A stretch of DNA of 64,000 bases from NCBI GenBank assembly GCA_963676915.2, contig CAXXVK010000019.1:26433-90432 (forward strand), written 5' to 3'. A model generated the notes under the pieces. It did not search any database. It was not told where the DNA came from and saw nothing but the letters and a program-made list of their open reading frames with translations. The translations under genes and the position numbers were made by a program. The DNA is from Myxococcota bacterium (GTDB lineage: Bacteria; Myxococcota_A; SURF-8; G963663525). The number at the start of each line of letters is the position of its first letter. Positions within the stretch are counted from its first letter, which is position 1. Positions 30,408 to 40,754 of this stretch are shown piece after piece.

Positions 30408-30441
30408 TTGTCAAGGTATTCTTTTCAAATCTTTAAACCAT

Positions 30442-31866
30442 CTACTTTTTCGGAAGAATTTCAGGGTGTTGGCTAAGCCACTTTTTCAGTCTTATTCGCA
30501 TGGCGTGGGTGTGGGGAATACGTTGGCGACCCGGTATGTTGGCGTATTTCGCCATTTGATCGCGGGACCATTCGCAGCAACTGAAGTTGTCCCTGCCCGC
30601 CACGTAAAAAGCGTGGGCGCGGTCGTTCAATTCAGCAAAAGAAAGCAGGTTGCCCAGATACATATGAGCGAGAATCGGAGCATCCTTGAAGGCTTCGCCC
30701 GGTGAGTGAGCTTTTTTCACAAGGTAAGCAAGCTGCTTTTCGTCGTTGCGGATTGCGCAGGAGGCATACGCAAGACGAAGCCTGTTGAGTTCGGCGGAAA
30801 AACCCCAGGTTTCGTCCTTGTAACTGCCCGGAGGAGCGGAAAGAAGCTTGAGAACCGTTTCGAAGGTTTTTTGGGCGGCGGCGAATTTTCCCATTTTCAT
30901 GAGCACGTAGCCATGGATCAAATGAGAATCGGGTTGTTTCGGGTACCATTTGACGAATTTTTGCGCTTCTTTCTCTGCAACGTGATGAAGCCGCCTAAAT
31001 GGCGCGTTGATGTGGACATGGAACATCTGAGCGAAGAAGTGCAGGGGACCGGCAGCGGCGGCGGATTGCTCGATCTGTTTGAATCCCAGGTGTTTATCTC
31101 CCGGTTTGATTCCCGCCAGCGTCAGCATGGCTTTCGAAAATTTTCCAAGCCTTCCCGTGTAAAAATTATAAATACCCATCGCGAGAAGGGGACCGCTGGC
31201 CTTCGGGCGAGAATTTAACGTGCGTCGGAAGCCATCCAATGCACGAATTCCGTAATACCGTGCTTTGAGGAAATCCCGCCGGATACCATAAAACATCCCC
31301 AGACCGGCTTGACAGGCGGCCCCATAGAAAACCGCGCCGTCTTTGTAATAGGGAACGCTTTGCTCGACCGCCTTGGACACCACAATACATTGCTCGAACA
31401 TCTGCTTGATGTCTTTATCGTATTTGCGATTTTCCGTGTCCAGCAGCAAGCGGCGCACGCGCACGAATCCGCCCCAGAAATGGGTGGAAGGAATATTGGG
31501 GCTTTTTGCAATTTCTTTTGCCGTCAGGTCGTCCATATCTTCGATCACGCCGTTGACGTAGTTGCGCATCATATCGGCCAGACCGGGGGTGAAAATATAC
31601 AAATCGTTTTCGACGAACTGAGTCATCGAAGATGTTTTTTGGGGAGAAATGGTTGGTTTGGGGAGAGTTTTGGTGGGCAGCGACTGTACGGCCTCACCTT
31701 TTTTATACATAAGCTCTGTCGTTTCGGAGGCTTGCAACTCGCCGACCAACGTAAGGCACGATCCGTCACAGGAAGGAGAAACGAAGTTCCAAACAAAAGC
31801 CAAACCGAAAATACCCCCTAGAACCACCAAAGACAGGACCAGCCAACGTGCTTTTTTTCTTGTCAT
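30442..31866 (-). CDS. Membrane-anchored TPR-like helical protein
   Basis: N-terminal TM segment; helical repeats (FYGAACQAGLG, LAMGIYNFY, HGYVLMKMGKFAAA). Confidence 0.65.
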   Translation of the reverse strand: MTRKKARWLVLSLVVLGGIFGLAFVWNFVSPSCDGSCLTLVGELQASETTELMYKKGEAVQSLPTKTLPKPTISPQKTSSMTQFVENDLYIFTPGLADMMRNYVNGVIEDMDDLTAKEIAKSPNIPSTHFWGGFVRVRRLLLDTENRKYDKDIKQMFEQCIVVSKAVEQSVPYYKDGAVFYGAACQAGLGMFYGIRRDFLKARYYGIRALDGFRRTLNSRPKASGPLLAMGIYNFYTGRLGKFSKAMLTLAGIKPGDKHLGFKQIEQSAAAAGPLHFFAQMFHVHINAPFRRLHHVAEKEAQKFVKWYPKQPDSHLIHGYVLMKMGKFAAAQKTFETVLKLLSAPPGSYKDETWGFSAELNRLRLAYASCAIRNDEKQLAYLVKKAHSPGEAFKDAPILAHMYLGNLLSFAELNDRAHAFYVAGRDNFSCCEWSRDQMAKYANIPGRQRIPHTHAMRIRLKKWLSQHPEILPKK

Positions 31867-32030
31867 CGATCGAACTCCCAATTTCATTTCATCCGTAGTC
31901 AAAACATCCTGGTTCCGTTGATCCTATAAAGGAAAGAATACCATTCTTTGGGGATTCAAAACAACAGGGATACTTATCACGTTTGGATAAGTATCCCTGT
32001 TAAAATGAAAAGTCTAAAGATATCAGAAGT

Positions 32031-34340
32031 TTATCTTGGGTTTGTGATAAACTTCGGTTTGAACCATGCCACCAGCGCCGGAAGCAGAATCAGGCCGCCC
32101 AGCATACTGACGATCATCCAGAAAACAAGCAGCAATCCCATTTCGGCCTGGAAACGCAGGAAGCTGAAGGTCCAGAAGACGACGCCGGCAACCATGGTTG
32201 TCGCCGTAAAGGCAACGGCTCGTCCCGCCGTAGTGATTCCTTTGACCACCGCTTCATCCAAGTCTTGCGTTTCTTGGTATTCCTCCTTGATACGACCTAC
32301 CACATATAAGCCGTAGTCCACACCAAGTCCGACTCCAAGCGCAACGACGGGTAGCACGTTGACATCCAAACCAATTCCTTTGTACCCCATCAGCGCGTAG
32401 GTTAGGTAGTTGGAAATCAACAGAGGAAGCATGAACAGCAATCCCGCCAGCACGGAACGATATGCCAGACCGCAGAAAATGACGATGATGCCGAAGGCGA
32501 AGATTGTCACCTGCGCTTGATGTATGGCTACCACTTCATTGATTGCTGCGAGCAAACCGCCAAATCCTCCGGCCAGACGGAAATTCGCCTGCTGCATCGG
32601 GTGGCTGTCGATGAAGGTTTTCGCATGGGAAAGCACTTTTCGCAGTGTCGTGCCTTTGTGATCCTTCAAGTACAGAGTGATATTGGCATTTTGCCGGTCG
32701 TTGGTGATGAATCGCACGAGGTCGGAAGGTTCCGAGTTGGTGTAGATCAATTCAAGGAAAAAGCCTGTCGCCTGGGGATCGTCGGGAATCATCTCCCATT
32801 TCGGGTCCGAACCGTGCAGAATCGAAATAATACCCGGTAGCAGATCCGCAATCGAGGCGGTGGAACTCACTTCGTCCAGTTGTTCCATATGCTTTTGGAA
32901 GGCATCCATCGTTCGTAGCACTTCGGGGTCTTTGATGGCTCCCCGCGTCTTGCCTTCGATGACCACTGTCATCTGTTCGGTATTGTTGAACAATTCCGCA
33001 ATGCGGAACGTGGCCTGGTTGTATTCTGAATCCGGCCAGAGCATTGGCGTACCCACATGTACGTCACCGATCACAAGGCGGCTCGTGAATACGTATCCAA
33101 CGATAAACACCCCAACCGCGATGATCATAACTCCGATGCGCGCTTTGCCGAAGCACAGTCTCGCCACCTGGTGCAGTGCGAAATCGAAGAGGCCGCGTTT
33201 GGAGAGTTTGTCGGGATTGGGTGGAGGGAAGAAGCTCAACAGGATCGGGTTGAGGATCATGTCGCTGACGATAATCGACAGCACCCAGAAGCTACCCATC
33301 AGTGCCAGTTTTTGCAGCAAGGGAATCGGCGTGAACCAGACGAGAAACACTCCGGCGGCGTCGGTGATGATGGCCACCATGCCTGGGGCGAACAGACCGG
33401 AAAAGGTTTTGGCCGAGGCTATGGTGCGGTCTTTGTGCACCATATATTCCTCACCGAAGCGCTCGACGACCTGCACCGAGTGACTTAGTGCCCGTGCTGA
33501 AATAATGAAGGGGATAACGATTACCAGCGGATCGAAATTGTAACCCAGTACCCCAAGAAATCCCAGACCCCAGATTGCCGAAACGCCCGCTGTTGTCAGC
33601 GGGATGATGGTTCCGCGTAAGTCCCTGAAATATAACAGTAATACGAAGAGAATCGAAAACACCGTCATGAAAAACAGGTTTTGAATCTGCGGAGACTGGC
33701 TGAGAATGTGCCCTAGCAGGAAGGGGCGACCGATGACGTGCAGCTCGGTTTTATCGTCCCGTTCGGCCTCCACGATTTTGTCGATTCCTTCAAAGACTTC
33801 CTCGATTTTCATTTTATGCTCGAAAAAGCCTGCCAGGATCAGCGCCGCTTTACCGTCCAGACTGACCAATGTTCCATTGTAACGGGGAGAGGTCAGGATG
33901 GTGGTGCGTAATTTGTCGATACCTGCTTGATCTTCGGGGATATCCGGCCACATAACCGGTACGCCGCGAAAGCCACGTTCGTTGTCTACACGCAAGGTTT
34001 TGACCTTACGTTGAGCAATGGAAAGCACCTGATAGTTATTGATGGCCGGAAGAAGTTCCAACTCCTTGGTAATACGCTTGATTTTAGCCAGCGTTTCCAG
34101 GTTGTAAATATCGCCGTCTTTCACTTCCAAGGCGATCAACACCGTGCTTGCACCGCCGAAGATGTCTTTGTATTTCACAAAGGTTTCGACGTAAGGGTGA
34201 TCGGAGGGAAACAGGTCGATCGTCGGACTTTCCACCGGTACGAGGGTGGCTTTCCAGGCAAAGAAGCCTGTTAGAGCCAAAATCACGATCAATACGGGAA
34301 CCCGCCAGCGAAGAATAGACTGGCCTAGCTTTTCATACAT
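32031..34340 (-). CDS. RND superfamily (MMPL/HAE3-like) transporter
   Basis: Duplicated TM/periplasmic halves; FGG, TDAAG, GVGLGVDYGLY, TAGRAV. Confidence 0.92.
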   Translation of the reverse strand: MYEKLGQSILRWRVPVLIVILALTGFFAWKATLVPVESPTIDLFPSDHPYVETFVKYKDIFGGASTVLIALEVKDGDIYNLETLAKIKRITKELELLPAINNYQVLSIAQRKVKTLRVDNERGFRGVPVMWPDIPEDQAGIDKLRTTILTSPRYNGTLVSLDGKAALILAGFFEHKMKIEEVFEGIDKIVEAERDDKTELHVIGRPFLLGHILSQSPQIQNLFFMTVFSILFVLLLYFRDLRGTIIPLTTAGVSAIWGLGFLGVLGYNFDPLVIVIPFIISARALSHSVQVVERFGEEYMVHKDRTIASAKTFSGLFAPGMVAIITDAAGVFLVWFTPIPLLQKLALMGSFWVLSIIVSDMILNPILLSFFPPPNPDKLSKRGLFDFALHQVARLCFGKARIGVMIIAVGVFIVGYVFTSRLVIGDVHVGTPMLWPDSEYNQATFRIAELFNNTEQMTVVIEGKTRGAIKDPEVLRTMDAFQKHMEQLDEVSSTASIADLLPGIISILHGSDPKWEMIPDDPQATGFFLELIYTNSEPSDLVRFITNDRQNANITLYLKDHKGTTLRKVLSHAKTFIDSHPMQQANFRLAGGFGGLLAAINEVVAIHQAQVTIFAFGIIVIFCGLAYRSVLAGLLFMLPLLISNYLTYALMGYKGIGLDVNVLPVVALGVGLGVDYGLYVVGRIKEEYQETQDLDEAVVKGITTAGRAVAFTATTMVAGVVFWTFSFLRFQAEMGLLLVFWMIVSMLGGLILLPALVAWFKPKFITNPR

Positions 34341-34400
34341 GCTCTACCTGCTTTGTCTCTGCCACCGATGCCAAATCAGCTTCAAGTGTGAAAAGGTACG

Positions 34401-35420
34401 TTATTTGCCTGAAATTCGCTTCCAACTGCGTCCGCCATCACGAGTGACGAGAATGTGCCCGCGCCCTCCCGCAACGAAACCGGTCTGGTCGTCGAGAAAG
34501 GCGATGGTCGAAAGCCACGTATAGATTTCATTGGGCAGATTCTTCCAATTGCGCAGGATGCGTCCTTCCTGTCCGACCGAGAAAATGACGGGATTCTCTT
34601 CGGTGCCGGGTAGGATCGTGAAATCGAACAAGTGAAGTTCCGATTCCGAAGGCCGACGAACCCAGGTCACACCGGCGTCCTCAGTCGTTAGTACAGTGGT
34701 TTCCGCACCGACGATCATTCCATGGGTCGGCGATTGAAATTGGATACTGTACAGCGGTTTGACGAGGTTGGTCACCTGTTTCGTCCAGGTTTCGCCACCG
34801 TCTTCGGTATGAATCACCGTACCGAACTCGCCTGCGATCCAACCGGTTTTTCGGTCGAGGAAGTAGACGCTGTTGAAGCCCGGTTCGTCCACTTCATCCT
34901 CGGGCAGCACGTATTCTTGTCGAACCCAGGTTTCGCCACCGTCTTGGGTGTGGAAAATCGTGCTGAAGTGACCCACGGCCCAGCCGAATTTATCGTCTAC
35001 CATGAACAGCTCGAACAGCGGTTCTTTGCACAGAGAATCCAGCAATTTCCAAGTCTTGCCGCCGTCCGTCGTGCGCAGGACAACTCCTCGGCTGCCAACG
35101 GCTACGCCAAGTTTCTCGGTGGGGAACTTCAGCGAGAAAATCGCCTCGACCGTCTTGGTTTCATGCAAGCGGAAGGTTTTGCCTTTATCGTTGGAACTCA
35201 GCATGCGTCCCGGTGAGCCGACAACCCAGACCGTTCCGGTTTTCTCTACGTACTCGATGTCGTAGAAGCGGTCTCGGTGGTCGATCATCTCCAAAACGCT
35301 CTTGGTCTTTTCTTCTCCTTCGATCAGGCGTTTCAAGACCTTCCCCGCAAATGCGGAAGAAGCGAGCGAATTGGAGATCAACAGGCAGGACAGAACGAGA
35401 AAAAATGTCCGTACCCGCAT
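34401..35420 (-). CDS. YCF48-like / BNR (Asp-box) beta-propeller protein
   Basis: Repeated TxDGGxTW Asp boxes; GWAVG, GWIAGEFG; signal peptide. Confidence 0.9.
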   Translation of the reverse strand: MRVRTFFLVLSCLLISNSLASSAFAGKVLKRLIEGEEKTKSVLEMIDHRDRFYDIEYVEKTGTVWVVGSPGRMLSSNDKGKTFRLHETKTVEAIFSLKFPTEKLGVAVGSRGVVLRTTDGGKTWKLLDSLCKEPLFELFMVDDKFGWAVGHFSTIFHTQDGGETWVRQEYVLPEDEVDEPGFNSVYFLDRKTGWIAGEFGTVIHTEDGGETWTKQVTNLVKPLYSIQFQSPTHGMIVGAETTVLTTEDAGVTWVRRPSESELHLFDFTILPGTEENPVIFSVGQEGRILRNWKNLPNEIYTWLSTIAFLDDQTGFVAGGRGHILVTRDGGRSWKRISGK

Positions 35421-36721
35421 TAACGGCTCCTTTTACGTAAGGCAGCGGTGGTGAAGTCGGCCGGGTCGAGATCGACGTTGACTTTGTTCTCGAACCACGG
35501 AAACGCGGTGGCGTGTTCCGCTTGCAGGTCGATGGCGACGCAGGTTCCCAGTTCCGGCGGCAATTCGTCCATATCGGGCGATTCGTTGAAGCCGATAATC
35601 ACGACTTTCCAAAGGTCTCCCTTTTTGTCGTAGGCTTCTTTGTAGGGCAGCAGGAAGGTTTCTGCATCGATGTAAAACAGTTGCTTGCTGTACGGATATT
35701 CCGACATTTTCGGAGTGACTTCAACGATGTACACCGGGCGAGGTTCCCAGCTCATTTTGGGATTCCAATGGGGATAGTTTTTGAAGTCGTAGGTATCTTC
35801 GATGTGCTCTTTGCCAAGTTTGACTTCCGCATGCATCGGCATCAGCATGGTGTCTTTCTTGACGAGTTTCCAGTTCATCCATTCCGGATAACCCAGGTAG
35901 CCGCGTACGTCTTCATACAGCAGGTCGGTGGAGTTCCAGGTGTCGCCACGGGTTCCGAAGGTGTTTTTCAGGATGCGGCGCATCTGGGGAACGTAAATGA
36001 CGCCCTGTTGGTCGCGGGGTTCGACCGAGCGACTGTAAACCGCGCCGAATCCGCGTTTGTCCAGCGGAGAAAGCGCATACGTGATAGCCGTGTACTGTTC
36101 CTGCTTCTTCTCGAAGTGGGGAAGGTGGGGTTTGGGGTCCATGTCGGTGCGGTACATGGTCCGCATGATGAAGGCCCAACGCCATTCTTCGTGATGTTCT
36201 ACGCCGCCGGAGGCCGAAATCCAGTAGACGCCATACAGGTTGTCTCCGGTGTCCCCGTTGTATCCATAGATGAAGTTCCAGGAGATTTCCAATCCGTTTT
36301 TCGGCTGCGGGAAGGGCAGTCCGGCCGTATAGTTGGCAAGACCGCGTTTGCGAATGCTGTTTCCGATATCTATCAGCTTGGGTTGACCGTTATACTTGTT
36401 CGTTGCCTCGATATATCCCTCGGAAGGATGAATCGGTTTGTAGGCGTTGACTTTCATGGTCAGGTTGTATTTGTCGATGAGCAGTTTCAGAGCCGGGGCG
36501 ATGTACCCATCCATACCTCGGTATTTGCCTTTTTTGATTTTTTTGCCGACTGCGACGGTTCCTTTGGAGAAATCAGGCTTGAAACCAACCTGTTCTCCCC
36601 ATTTGTCCGAGGTGAATTTCGGTCCCGCAGATACGAGAGATAATCCAATACTTACTGAAATCACTAGGGAAAATAGACCGAGAAAGACAAGCTTCCTTGA
36701 AAAAGAAGTCCGCATAGCCAT
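35420..36721 (-). CDS. DUF1329-family periplasmic protein (LolA-like fold)
   Basis: [49 protein letters not shown]; adjacent to YCF48 and RND genes. Confidence 0.85.
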   Translation of the reverse strand: MAMRTSFSRKLVFLGLFSLVISVSIGLSLVSAGPKFTSDKWGEQVGFKPDFSKGTVAVGKKIKKGKYRGMDGYIAPALKLLIDKYNLTMKVNAYKPIHPSEGYIEATNKYNGQPKLIDIGNSIRKRGLANYTAGLPFPQPKNGLEISWNFIYGYNGDTGDNLYGVYWISASGGVEHHEEWRWAFIMRTMYRTDMDPKPHLPHFEKKQEQYTAITYALSPLDKRGFGAVYSRSVEPRDQQGVIYVPQMRRILKNTFGTRGDTWNSTDLLYEDVRGYLGYPEWMNWKLVKKDTMLMPMHAEVKLGKEHIEDTYDFKNYPHWNPKMSWEPRPVYIVEVTPKMSEYPYSKQLFYIDAETFLLPYKEAYDKKGDLWKVVIIGFNESPDMDELPPELGTCVAIDLQAEHATAFPWFENKVNVDLDPADFTTAALRKRSR

Positions 36722-36932
36722 TATCCTCTCCTCTGGTTTGAAAAATTCTACAGTGCCTATTCATTTTTGTACGCTTCTTATTGAATACCATGATCCCTTA
36801 CTATTTGAAATTTTTTTTATCCAACTTCTGGACTCCATACTTGATTTTCTTCCGATTTTCCGTGATGGTCTGAAAGAAAAAAAGGATGTCCAACCCTTGT
36901 CATCCGCCGTTCGGTGGGAAACAGGATACGTG

Positions 36933-38129
36933 ATGCCGTCAATTGTCGTTCAGAAATATGGTGGATCGTCCCTGGCGGACGAAGAGAAAATCAAAGCCGT
37001 AGCCAAAAGGATCGTCGCCACGAAAGAAAAGGGTTATGCACCCGTGGCTGTGGTTTCCGCAATGGGCAAAACCACGGACCAGCTTTTACGTCAGGCCAAG
37101 GCGATCACGGAAAATCCCTCCAGCCGCGAACTGGATATGCTGTTGTCCGTCGGTGAACGTATCACGATGAGTTTGTTATCCCTGGCGATTCAAGAACTGG
37201 GATACACGGCGGTTTCACTGACAGGGAGCCAGTGTGGCATCATTACGTCTGATTCTCATTCGAACGCCAAAATCATCGATATCCGTCCTGTGCGAGTTGA
37301 AGATGAGGTACGGCGAGGAAATATCGTGATCGTCGCCGGATTCCAAGGAATGAGCTATCGGCGTGAAATCACGACGTTGGGACGTGGCGGGTCCGATACG
37401 ACCGCTGTTGCTTTAGCTGCTGCTCTGGACGCCCAATGGTGCGAAATCTGTTCGGATGTCGAAGGCGTTTTTACCACGGACCCAAATGCGGTGCCGGAAG
37501 CCCGTTTGCTTTCGGAAATCAGTTACGACGAAATGGAAGCTTTGGGAGTCGCCGGGGCAAAGGTGCTCAATCCTGATGCCGTCGATTTCGCCCGACGCAA
37601 GGGCTTGGAAGTGCGGTTGACGGCAACCTATAAGGAAGGGCAGGGGACGTTGTTGCTGGCACGTTCTCCTATCGACCAACAACGCAAAGTTCGTGCAATT
37701 ACATGTGTTCCTGGTCTTCTTCGGCTTAGTGTCCCCGCTCACGATATCGAGAAACAGAAACAGTTGATCGATTTGCTGGCCTCCTGGGATTTTCCCGCGC
37801 CGTTCTGGATGGTCGTTGGTGGAAAAGGGAGGGTGGTACTGCATATCGATCTGGCGAATGTCCATTCTTGGGAAGCCAAAGAACGTTTGTTGCTGGAAGC
37901 GTTTCCCGATACGGAAGTGGAACGCCGGGAGGGCAGCTTGTCGTTGGTTGGTCCTTGCCTGGGGGCTGATACGGCGACGTTGTCCGATCTGTTGGAACTG
38001 CTTAAAACGCAGGAAATACCTTATAAATGGGTCAAATGTCTTCGAGATTCGATTACCGTGGGGATTGAAGCTCAGAAGGTGGGGCGAGCGGTAGAAAAAG
38101 CGCATGCGAGATATATAGAGTCTTTGTAA
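36933..38129 (+). CDS. lysC: Aspartate kinase
   Basis: [44 protein letters not shown]; ORF-track start (36447) is over-extended. Confidence 0.93.
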   Translation: MPSIVVQKYGGSSLADEEKIKAVAKRIVATKEKGYAPVAVVSAMGKTTDQLLRQAKAITENPSSRELDMLLSVGERITMSLLSLAIQELGYTAVSLTGSQCGIITSDSHSNAKIIDIRPVRVEDEVRRGNIVIVAGFQGMSYRREITTLGRGGSDTTAVALAAALDAQWCEICSDVEGVFTTDPNAVPEARLLSEISYDEMEALGVAGAKVLNPDAVDFARRKGLEVRLTATYKEGQGTLLLARSPIDQQRKVRAITCVPGLLRLSVPAHDIEKQKQLIDLLASWDFPAPFWMVVGGKGRVVLHIDLANVHSWEAKERLLLEAFPDTEVERREGSLSLVGPCLGADTATLSDLLELLKTQEIPYKWVKCLRDSITVGIEAQKVGRAVEKAHARYIESL

Positions 38130-38164
38130 CCATTTCATTGGTATAGAAATTTGCAAGGTAGCTC

Positions 38165-38224
38165 TTGACAAGGAATGTTCATTGTTTTAGCGTTCATTCT
38201 TGTAGCATTTGAATTCTACAGGAA
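38165..38224 (+). promoter_or_regulatory. Sigma70 promoter followed by an inverted repeat overlapping the RBS
   Basis: TTGACA(38165)-17 nt-TAGCGT(38188); TTCTTGTAG-N10-CTACAGGAA at 38197-38224. Confidence 0.6.
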
Positions 38225-38229
38225 GCGCT

Positions 38230-38577
38230 ATGAGTATCCCCGCCCTGATTCAACGCATCGAAGACATCAAAAGCAAACTCGGTGAATTGGGTGAGATGCG
38301 ACCCGGCAGCCTTTCTCAGCAGTTCAGCACCTGCGGAAACGCTTCTTGTCGCTGTAAAGATCCTGAACATCCACAAAAACACGGGCCGTACTACCAACTC
38401 AGCTACACCCGAAAAGGGAAAAGCCGTACGGAATTCGTAAGCAAAGACCGACTCGACGAGGTACGGACTCAACTGGACAACTACGCCCGTTTCAAAGAAC
38501 TGACGGAAGAATGGATAGACTTATCCATCGAATTGGCTCAAGAAAGACGTAAAGAAGCAAAAAAACAGACGAAGTAA
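38230..38577 (+). CDS. DUF6788-like small Cys/His zinc-binding protein
   Basis: MRPGSLSQQFSTCGNASCRC...HGPYYQLSYTRKGKSRT, then a C-terminal helix. Confidence 0.75.
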   Translation: MSIPALIQRIEDIKSKLGELGEMRPGSLSQQFSTCGNASCRCKDPEHPQKHGPYYQLSYTRKGKSRTEFVSKDRLDEVRTQLDNYARFKELTEEWIDLSIELAQERRKEAKKQTK

Positions 38578-38586
38578 GGACAAATC

Positions 38587-39264
38587 ATGCAAGGAACCAT
38601 CGATTTGCAGTCCGTGTCCAAGTCCTACCGCGATCCAAGCGGAATCCACCGTAGTGTGTTGGATGGTGTTTCCATCGTTGTTGAAGCCGGTGGCAACGCG
38701 CTGATCGACGGACCTTCCGGGGCTGGAAAGTCTACGTTGCTCAACATTTTTTCGGGTCTGGTGCTGCCGGATTCCGGAAAAGTGACCATTGGCGGTGTGG
38801 AGTTGCCTACGTTGTCCGAATCTCGTCGCGACCGTTTTCGGGCGCAGCATATCGGCTACATTTTTCAGAGTTTCAATCTGATCTCGCCGTTGTCGATTCT
38901 CGAAAATCTCACCTTGCCGATGTATCTCAACGGGTCGTCCAAGGGTGACCTGGAAGATCCCGCCCGCAACATCCTGAAACGCTTCGGCTTGTTGGCTCAT
39001 GCCTACAAACATCCGTACCAACTTTCCGTGGGGCAACGGCAGAGGGTCGCGGTAGCACGGGCGATTCTTCACCGACCGGCGTTGCTATTGGCGGACGAAC
39101 CGACCGCCAGCCTGGATGCCAACTCGGCGGACGCAGTCATTGACGCGATCGAAGAACTTCAAAGCGGCGGAACCACGCTGGTGGTCGCCACTCACGATCC
39201 TGCATTGAAACGGCTGAGTTTCGATGTCACGTTGGATCTCGGAGCGAAGGAGGTTGCGGCATGA
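38587..39264 (+). CDS. ABC transporter ATP-binding protein (MacB/LolD-like)
   Basis: GPSGAGKST, IGYIFQSFNL, LSVGQRQRVAVAR, LLADEPTASLD, VATHD. Confidence 0.95.
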   Translation: MQGTIDLQSVSKSYRDPSGIHRSVLDGVSIVVEAGGNALIDGPSGAGKSTLLNIFSGLVLPDSGKVTIGGVELPTLSESRRDRFRAQHIGYIFQSFNLISPLSILENLTLPMYLNGSSKGDLEDPARNILKRFGLLAHAYKHPYQLSVGQRQRVAVARAILHRPALLLADEPTASLDANSADAVIDAIEELQSGGTTLVVATHDPALKRLSFDVTLDLGAKEVAA

Positions 39265-40754
39265 AATCGAAATCCATTCTTCGATTGGCTTGGCGCTACC
39301 TGTTTCATCGCCGGTTTGCAACCATCGTTTCCATTGCAGCCATTGCCGTTTCGCTTGTTTTCGTCGTGGCGCTTGGCGTAGTCAATTTTGCGGTCAAGAA
39401 AACGGCCGTAGAAGGTTCGATTCGCTACCCGTTAATCGTTGGCCCTGCCGGTGCTTCGGGAGTGCAACTGATTTTGTCCACCATTTTTCATATCGACAAA
39501 CCCTCGGGAACGATTCCATTCGAGGTCTACGAGGAAATCAAGGCCGACCGGCGGGTGATTTCGGCGTATCCGGTCGCAGTGGCCGATAGCTTCCGTAACC
39601 TGCGGATTATAGGCGTAAATCAGGAGTTTCTCGACGATTTGAATGTGGGTGCTTATGCCGGGGCGGTGGATCTTTCGAAGATCGAAAACGCCGTGTTCGG
39701 CTATACCGCCGCGCAACGGGCCGAGGTTGAAATCGGCGATACGTTTCATGGACAGCACGGCATGGTCGGCACGATGGATGCTCACGAACACGCCGAGTTG
39801 ACCTACCGGGTTGCCGGGGTACTCAACCCAACCGGCGGTCCGGAGGATACGGCGATTTACACCACTTACAAGTCTGTTTGGTACATCCACGAAAAGCACA
39901 TGGCCAGCCATCATCATCACAAAGATGCAGCAAACAGTGTTGCAGCGCATGGGAACGACGATTCACAAGCCGAGGCCAATGTTGTGCATGTCGGACATGA
40001 AGCGACTCACGAAAAACATCAATCCGATTCTCACGACCACGAACTGGCGCAGGTGGCCGAGCATGAAACAAAGAATCCGCACGAAGCGGAACACATCGGT
40101 CACAAGCACGACGAATCGGCCCATTCCGCGCACGAAGGTCATGATTCCGCCCATGCACACACTCACAAAGCTCACGGCCACGGGCATCACGACAAATATA
40201 CGTTGTCTGATAATAAGTTGACTGCCGTCCTCGTGCGGACATCCAACCCCGCCTACACCGGAATGCTGGAGAGGGAATACACTTTGCGTGATGGCACGTT
40301 GGCTGTGGATACCGGAAAAAGTATCCGAGATTTCGTGGGACACATCAACAAAGGCGAAGTCTTCGTTGAGTTGGTCAGTGCGGGAATGCTGGCCATCGCG
40401 CTGATGATGATCCTCGTTACCCTGATCATGTCGCTAAACGAGCGTCGCAAGGAACTGGCGCTTCTGCGTATGCTTGGCGTCGGTCGCTGGACCCTGGCGC
40501 TGACCGTCATGATCGAAGCGCTGGCCATCACGTTGCTTGGCGCACTGGTGGGATTGCTTGCCGGACATCTGCTGGCAGCGGGAGCGCAGGACGTGATCAA
40601 GCAGACTGTAGGCGTCGCCATCGAGCCATGGACCGTCACCCGTATGGAATCACTCAGCTTGTGGATCGCACTTGGTGCGGGTCAGGCGCTGGCGTTTGTC
40701 GCTATGCTGTTCACCTACCGGATGAACGTCGTCGAGCAGGTGGCGCGAGACTGA
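39261..40754 (+). CDS. MacB/FtsX-type ABC permease with a His-rich periplasmic insert (ZrgC/PA4065-like)
   Basis: One N-terminal plus three C-terminal TM segments; ERRKELALLRMLG; LIVG..SGVQLILSTIFH; 28 His in about 100 aa. Confidence 0.88.
   Translation: MKSKSILRLAWRYLFHRRFATIVSIAAIAVSLVFVVALGVVNFAVKKTAVEGSIRYPLIVGPAGASGVQLILSTIFHIDKPSGTIPFEVYEEIKADRRVISAYPVAVADSFRNLRIIGVNQEFLDDLNVGAYAGAVDLSKIENAVFGYTAAQRAEVEIGDTFHGQHGMVGTMDAHEHAELTYRVAGVLNPTGGPEDTAIYTTYKSVWYIHEKHMASHHHHKDAANSVAAHGNDDSQAEANVVHVGHEATHEKHQSDSHDHELAQVAEHETKNPHEAEHIGHKHDESAHSAHEGHDSAHAHTHKAHGHGHHDKYTLSDNKLTAVLVRTSNPAYTGMLEREYTLRDGTLAVDTGKSIRDFVGHINKGEVFVELVSAGMLAIALMMILVTLIMSLNERRKELALLRMLGVGRWTLALTVMIEALAITLLGALVGLLAGHLLAAGAQDVIKQTVGVAIEPWTVTRMESLSLWIALGAGQALAFVAMLFTYRMNVVEQVARD

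Noticed and set aside
36447-36932. N-terminal extension of aspartate kinase in the 560-aa ORF call
   Set aside because: It overlaps the DUF1329 gene on the opposite strand and an AT-rich intergenic region; homology begins at [11 protein letters not shown] (36933).
38139-38156. TGGTATAGAAATTTGC as a sigma54 promoter
   Set aside because: GG-GC spacing is 11 nt rather than 10, and a better sigma70 promoter follows.
38230-38577. DUF6788-like gene as part of an insertion sequence
   Set aside because: No adjacent transposase, terminal inverted repeats or target duplication are visible.
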